From assembly GCF_050990905.1 (NCBI RefSeq), contig NZ_CP158866.1, positions 2,554,651 to 2,578,650 of the forward strand: a DNA stretch of 24,000 nucleotides, in the 5' to 3' direction. The translations under genes and the position numbers were made by a program. Positions 20,854-24,000 of this stretch are shown piece by piece. This DNA comes from Falsibacillus pallidus. GTDB lineage: Bacteria; Bacillota; Bacilli; Bacillales; DSM-25281. The notes under the pieces are model-generated. The model made no database searches. It saw only the letters and a program-made list of their open reading frames with translations, and was not told the DNA's origin. Positions within the stretch are counted from its first letter, which is position 1, and each line of letters starts with the position of its first letter.

Positions 20854-21142
20854 GGCGCTTCCGCTTTTCTACTGTCCAGCTCCACCGGCTAGAGGCTGGG
20901 AGGTTTCCTTCAGCACACTTACGATAAGTCAACATCGGATCGCTTCGCTCTCCGTGTTTCCTTTATCTCGTGGTGCTTCAGTCCAACCTCGGCGCCTCTA
21001 AGCAGCCGGCTCCGCTTTTCTATTGTCCAGCTCCAGCGCCTAGCCCCTCGAGTCATAAGCCGCACCTCTACGGAAATCAGGATTTCCTTCGAGGTCCGTC
21101 TTATGCTGGTCGGGGCTTGCAAGGCGCTTCCGCTTTTCTATT
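20854..21142. repeat. composite intergenic repeat: two long imperfect hairpins separated by copies of GGCGCTTCCGCTTTTCTAYTGTCCAGCTCCA
   Basis: Boundary motif seen at 20854-20884, 21008-21034 (variant ggctccgcttttctattgtccagctcca) and 21123-21142 (ggcgcttccgcttttctatt). Nested inverted arms at 20885-21009 and 21035-21128. Confidence 0.75.
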
Positions 21143-21678
21143 TACTCCGGTTGGAACTCTACTGCTATTTTTTCCATGTCGCCGAGTTCATCCCCGACTT
21201 TTTGGATGATTTGGTTGGCTGCTTTTGCTGATTTTTCGTTTGCTTTTACTGTAATCAGCACTTTTTCTCCATCTGCTCGCACTAATGCATCTTTATAGCC
21301 CATGGATTGAATTACGCTTTCCAATACTTTTTCTTTTGTTTCAAGTTCAGTCAGCTGCTGCATTTGCTCGTAGGCTTTGCTCTTTTCTTCTGCGCTTAAA
21401 TCAGGTGATGCAACCATTTCAGTCAATTGTTGGCGAAGTTCACTGCGCTTATCTTGTTCTTCAAGTCTAAGTGTCTCGAATACTTCATCACCAGCCTGTT
21501 CTGTCACTACATCTACACCCTTTTGATCTGCATTTGCTTTTTCATCACCTTTTTTGCCTTGCTGAACAGCCGCCAAGTCTGACGTTTTCGGCGCTGGAGA
21601 AGTCACATAATAGACTGAAAGCACCACAACCAGACTTAACATCGTCAATAACCAAACCGTTTGTTTTTTAAGTAACAT
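21142..21678 (-). CDS. spoIIIAH: stage III sporulation protein AH
   Basis: MLLKKQTVWLLTMLSLVVVLSVYYVTSP... N-terminal TM and C-terminal YscJ/FliF-like region; adjacent to spoIIIAG. Confidence 0.95.
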   Translation of the reverse strand: MLLKKQTVWLLTMLSLVVVLSVYYVTSPAPKTSDLAAVQQGKKGDEKANADQKGVDVVTEQAGDEVFETLRLEEQDKRSELRQQLTEMVASPDLSAEEKSKAYEQMQQLTELETKEKVLESVIQSMGYKDALVRADGEKVLITVKANEKSAKAANQIIQKVGDELGDMEKIAVEFQPE

Positions 21679-21693
21679 TTATAAATCCCCCTT

Positions 21694-22353
21694 TTATTTT
21701 TTCGGCATGACAGCAACTCTGTGGCTTGGTACATCCAAGACGCGGGTCACTGCTTCAATGATCCATTTTTTCACTTGAATATTTTCTGCCCCTTTCGCAA
21801 CTATGAGAACACCTTTGATTTCAGGCTTTCTCGTCTCTTTCACGATTGGGACTTCTTTTTCACCATTGCGGATGATGACCAGCTGCTCATCTTTTGTTTG
21901 ATTTTCTATTTTCCGCTGACCTCCGTCACGATCGGATTCACTTGTGATTTGGTTCTGGTCATTTGTGTTTTTCTCGAATACTTTTTGCTCTGAAGCTTCT
22001 ACATTTACGACAACTGTTACACTGCTGACACCTGCCATCTGGTCAAGGGCTTCCTTCAGCTGGTTCTCGTATTGTTTTTCGTAATCAGCCATACTCTTAT
22101 TAGGAGCATCCTTGACTGAACCGAATGTTTCTGCGGCTGCACTTCCACCATTCCCATTTGCCAATGTCTCCTGAGAGGATTCAGAAGCTCCTGACTTCCA
22201 CATGCTGCTTATCAGCATGAACGCGACGCCGCATAACAGAAGGATTACTAAGTATTGAATCTTTCCGTTTTTTTTGTTTGAAGGACCGGATTCTTCCTTT
22301 TTGCCTAACAACTGCGATTTTAGCCAGTCCAATGGTCCCTTTTCACGATTCAT
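21694..22353 (-). CDS. spoIIIAG: stage III sporulation protein AG
   Basis: MNREKGPLDWLKSQLLGKK...; YEKQYENQLKEALDQMAGVSSVTVVVNVEAS; GVLIVAKGAENIQVKKWIIEAVTRVLDVPSHRVAVMPKK. Track ORF starts at 22401; the ATG at 22353 is preceded by AGGAG. Confidence 0.94.
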   Translation of the reverse strand: MNREKGPLDWLKSQLLGKKEESGPSNKKNGKIQYLVILLLCGVAFMLISSMWKSGASESSQETLANGNGGSAAAETFGSVKDAPNKSMADYEKQYENQLKEALDQMAGVSSVTVVVNVEASEQKVFEKNTNDQNQITSESDRDGGQRKIENQTKDEQLVIIRNGEKEVPIVKETRKPEIKGVLIVAKGAENIQVKKWIIEAVTRVLDVPSHRVAVMPKK

Positions 22354-22981
22354 GTTCTCCTGAAATCCCCCCTTCATAATGAATTTGGATTCTTTGTGCA
22401 TCTAAATTCCATCTGTTGGCCAAGAGGTCGATCACTTCGTTTTCATCCTTAAATGTTTTCCCAGGATTTTTGTCTGAGCTGGAATCTATAGTAATCGGCT
22501 TTACCGCTTCAATAGCATTTTGGTGATTATCATCTTGCGGTTCACCGAGGTAAACGACTACCTTTACCAGATTATCAGGAAAATTTTGTTCATTGTCTTT
22601 CTGCATCACCAGCTCGACGGATTGGATTCCTATACCAAATTGATCAATCAACTCCTCTTCAGCGTCCTTTTTTAATTGGACAGCCATTTGTTTTAAAATA
22701 TATGCACGTTGTGTAGCTTGTATTTCTTTTTTCTTATTTTCTATTAATTTTTCTACTTGTTGGCTTTCTGCCGGATCCTGGATCACGGCTCCATTAAAAA
22801 CTTGTTCAAAATTGGAAGACATCAATTTTAATAGAGGCGTTAGAATGATTGTGATAAGCAGCAGCCCCGTCACCATTTTCGTATATTTTTTAAAAGAGGA
22901 ATTGGGAAGCAGCATGTCCATGACAACCGTTAATAATATGAACATGATAATATTGGTTATCCACTGTACAAGAAAACTCAT
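22343..22981 (-). CDS. spoIIIAF: stage III sporulation protein AF
   Basis: MSFLVQWITNIIMFILLTVVMDMLLPNSSFKKYTKMVTGLLLITIILTPLLKL; two N-terminal TMs, and overlaps the spoIIIAG start by ~11 bp. Confidence 0.94.
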   Translation of the reverse strand: MSFLVQWITNIIMFILLTVVMDMLLPNSSFKKYTKMVTGLLLITIILTPLLKLMSSNFEQVFNGAVIQDPAESQQVEKLIENKKKEIQATQRAYILKQMAVQLKKDAEEELIDQFGIGIQSVELVMQKDNEQNFPDNLVKVVVYLGEPQDDNHQNAIEAVKPITIDSSSDKNPGKTFKDENEVIDLLANRWNLDAQRIQIHYEGGISGEHES

Positions 22982-22996
22982 ACACCATCCCCCCTT

Positions 22997-24000
22997 TCAT
23001 CGGATCATCAAGGTTATATTTCCTGCTGCAATCATCACGGTAATACTCAGGAAAAACATGAAGGAAACAATCGCTAAAGCAGCAAATACATATATCACAC
23101 TCTTGCTGATTGTATCCAGGCAGGCGATGACCGGCCCTCCGCCGATGGGCTGAAGCAACGCAGCTGCCAGTTTATAAATAAAGGCAATGACCAAAATCTT
23201 TATGGCCGGGAATGCCGCAATCAAAAGGAGGATGGCTACCCCTGCGATCCCTACTGTATTCTTCAGCAGCACCGAGGCAGAGATGACCGTGTCTGTTGCA
23301 TCCGTAAACATCCTCCCTATGACAGGGATGAAATTGCCTGTTACAAATTTGGCCGTTCGGATGGTAATCCCATCCGTCACTGCTGAAGCAGCACCTTGGA
23401 CAGAGATGACTCCTAAAAAAACCGTCATGAAGATCCCCAGGAGGCCGATGCTCCAATTTCGGAGGAGCTGAGCCAGCTGTGTGACTTTATGCTGATCGGA
23501 AAGGGTGCTGACAATGCTTAGTAAAGCAGATAAAAATAGAAGCGGAAGTACGACATACTCAATCAGCAATCCACTTGTGTTCATCAAGAGTATGATGACG
23601 GGGTGGAAAAAAGCTGCTGAAGCAACCCCCCCGGAAGTAGCAATCAATGCCAGGAGCAATGGGAAAAGGGCTATGATGAAATGGACCATGGTATTGATCG
23701 CATCTTGTGTATATTCAATCGCTACATGAAATGAGTTCAGGGCGATAATGATTAAAACCATAAAAACAATGGCGTAGGCAACTTTACTGACATTTCCCTG
23801 GTCAAAGGCATTTTGCAGAGATTGAAGGAACATGCTGAAGATGGTCAACATGATCAATGAACCTAAAAGCTTCCCATTCATGATCAGTTCTTGGAAAGCA
23901 AACTTTGAAACGCCGTAAAGCCATTGTTTCATCGAGAACTGCTTGTCCCCTTTGATGAAATCGACTAGACTTCCTTTTTGGCTTTCAGGGAGATATCCAC
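22997..24000 (-). CDS. spoIIIAE: stage III sporulation protein AE (5' end beyond the right window edge)
   Basis: Multi-TM ORF. The frame stays open upstream of the track ATG at 23932 (GYLPESQKGSLVDFIKGDKQFSMKQWLYGVSKFAFQELI), so the true start lies outside the window. Confidence 0.94.
   Translation of the reverse strand, partial: GYLPESQKGSLVDFIKGDKQFSMKQWLYGVSKFAFQELIMNGKLLGSLIMLTIFSMFLQSLQNAFDQGNVSKVAYAIVFMVLIIIALNSFHVAIEYTQDAINTMVHFIIALFPLLLALIATSGGVASAAFFHPVIILLMNTSGLLIEYVVLPLLFLSALLSIVSTLSDQHKVTQLAQLLRNWSIGLLGIFMTVFLGVISVQGAASAVTDGITIRTAKFVTGNFIPVIGRMFTDATDTVISASVLLKNTVGIAGVAILLLIAAFPAIKILVIAFIYKLAAALLQPIGGGPVIACLDTISKSVIYVFAALAIVSFMFFLSITVMIAAGNITLMIR

Noticed and set aside
20970-21209. 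79-aa plus-strand ORF
   Set aside because: It runs through the intergenic hairpin repeat and antisense into spoIIIAH. Composition and position do not suggest a real protein.
1-24000. CRISPR array, tRNA/rRNA genes, transposase, prophage, toxin-antitoxin or defence system
   Set aside because: No regularly spaced repeats, RNA gene signatures or relevant protein motifs seen. Nearly all the sequence is assigned to conserved housekeeping, metabolic or sporulation genes.

Overview
This window looks like conserved core chromosome of a Bacillus-type, endospore-forming Firmicute. On the minus strand it runs from the end of the spoIIIA operon (partial spoIIIAE, then spoIIIAF, AG, AH). It continues through accB-accC-yqhY(Asp23)-nusB, xseA-xseB-ispA-dxs-yqxC/tlyA-argR/ahrC-recN-spoIVB-spo0A, and a yqiK-like glycerophosphodiesterase. 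It ends with the branched-chain fatty acid/amino-acid locus bkdR-ptb-bcd-buk (buk partial). Two genes lie on the plus strand: a YqzF/DUF2627-like small membrane protein and a multi-TM methyl-accepting-chemotaxis-type protein between accB and spoIIIAH. I found no phage, CRISPR, toxin-antitoxin or defence cassette and no clear undescribed multi-gene system. The points worth a second look are mostly regulatory or structural. They are: a near-perfect sigma-54 promoter with a candidate BkdR upstream site; overlapping divergent -35 boxes between bkdR and yqzF; 0A boxes and a sigma-H-like promoter at spo0A; a 7-bp inverted repeat inside a putative acc promoter; a composite long-hairpin intergenic repeat after spoIIIAH; no folD between nusB and xseA, where a terminator-like hairpin sits instead; and the inserted MCP gene.
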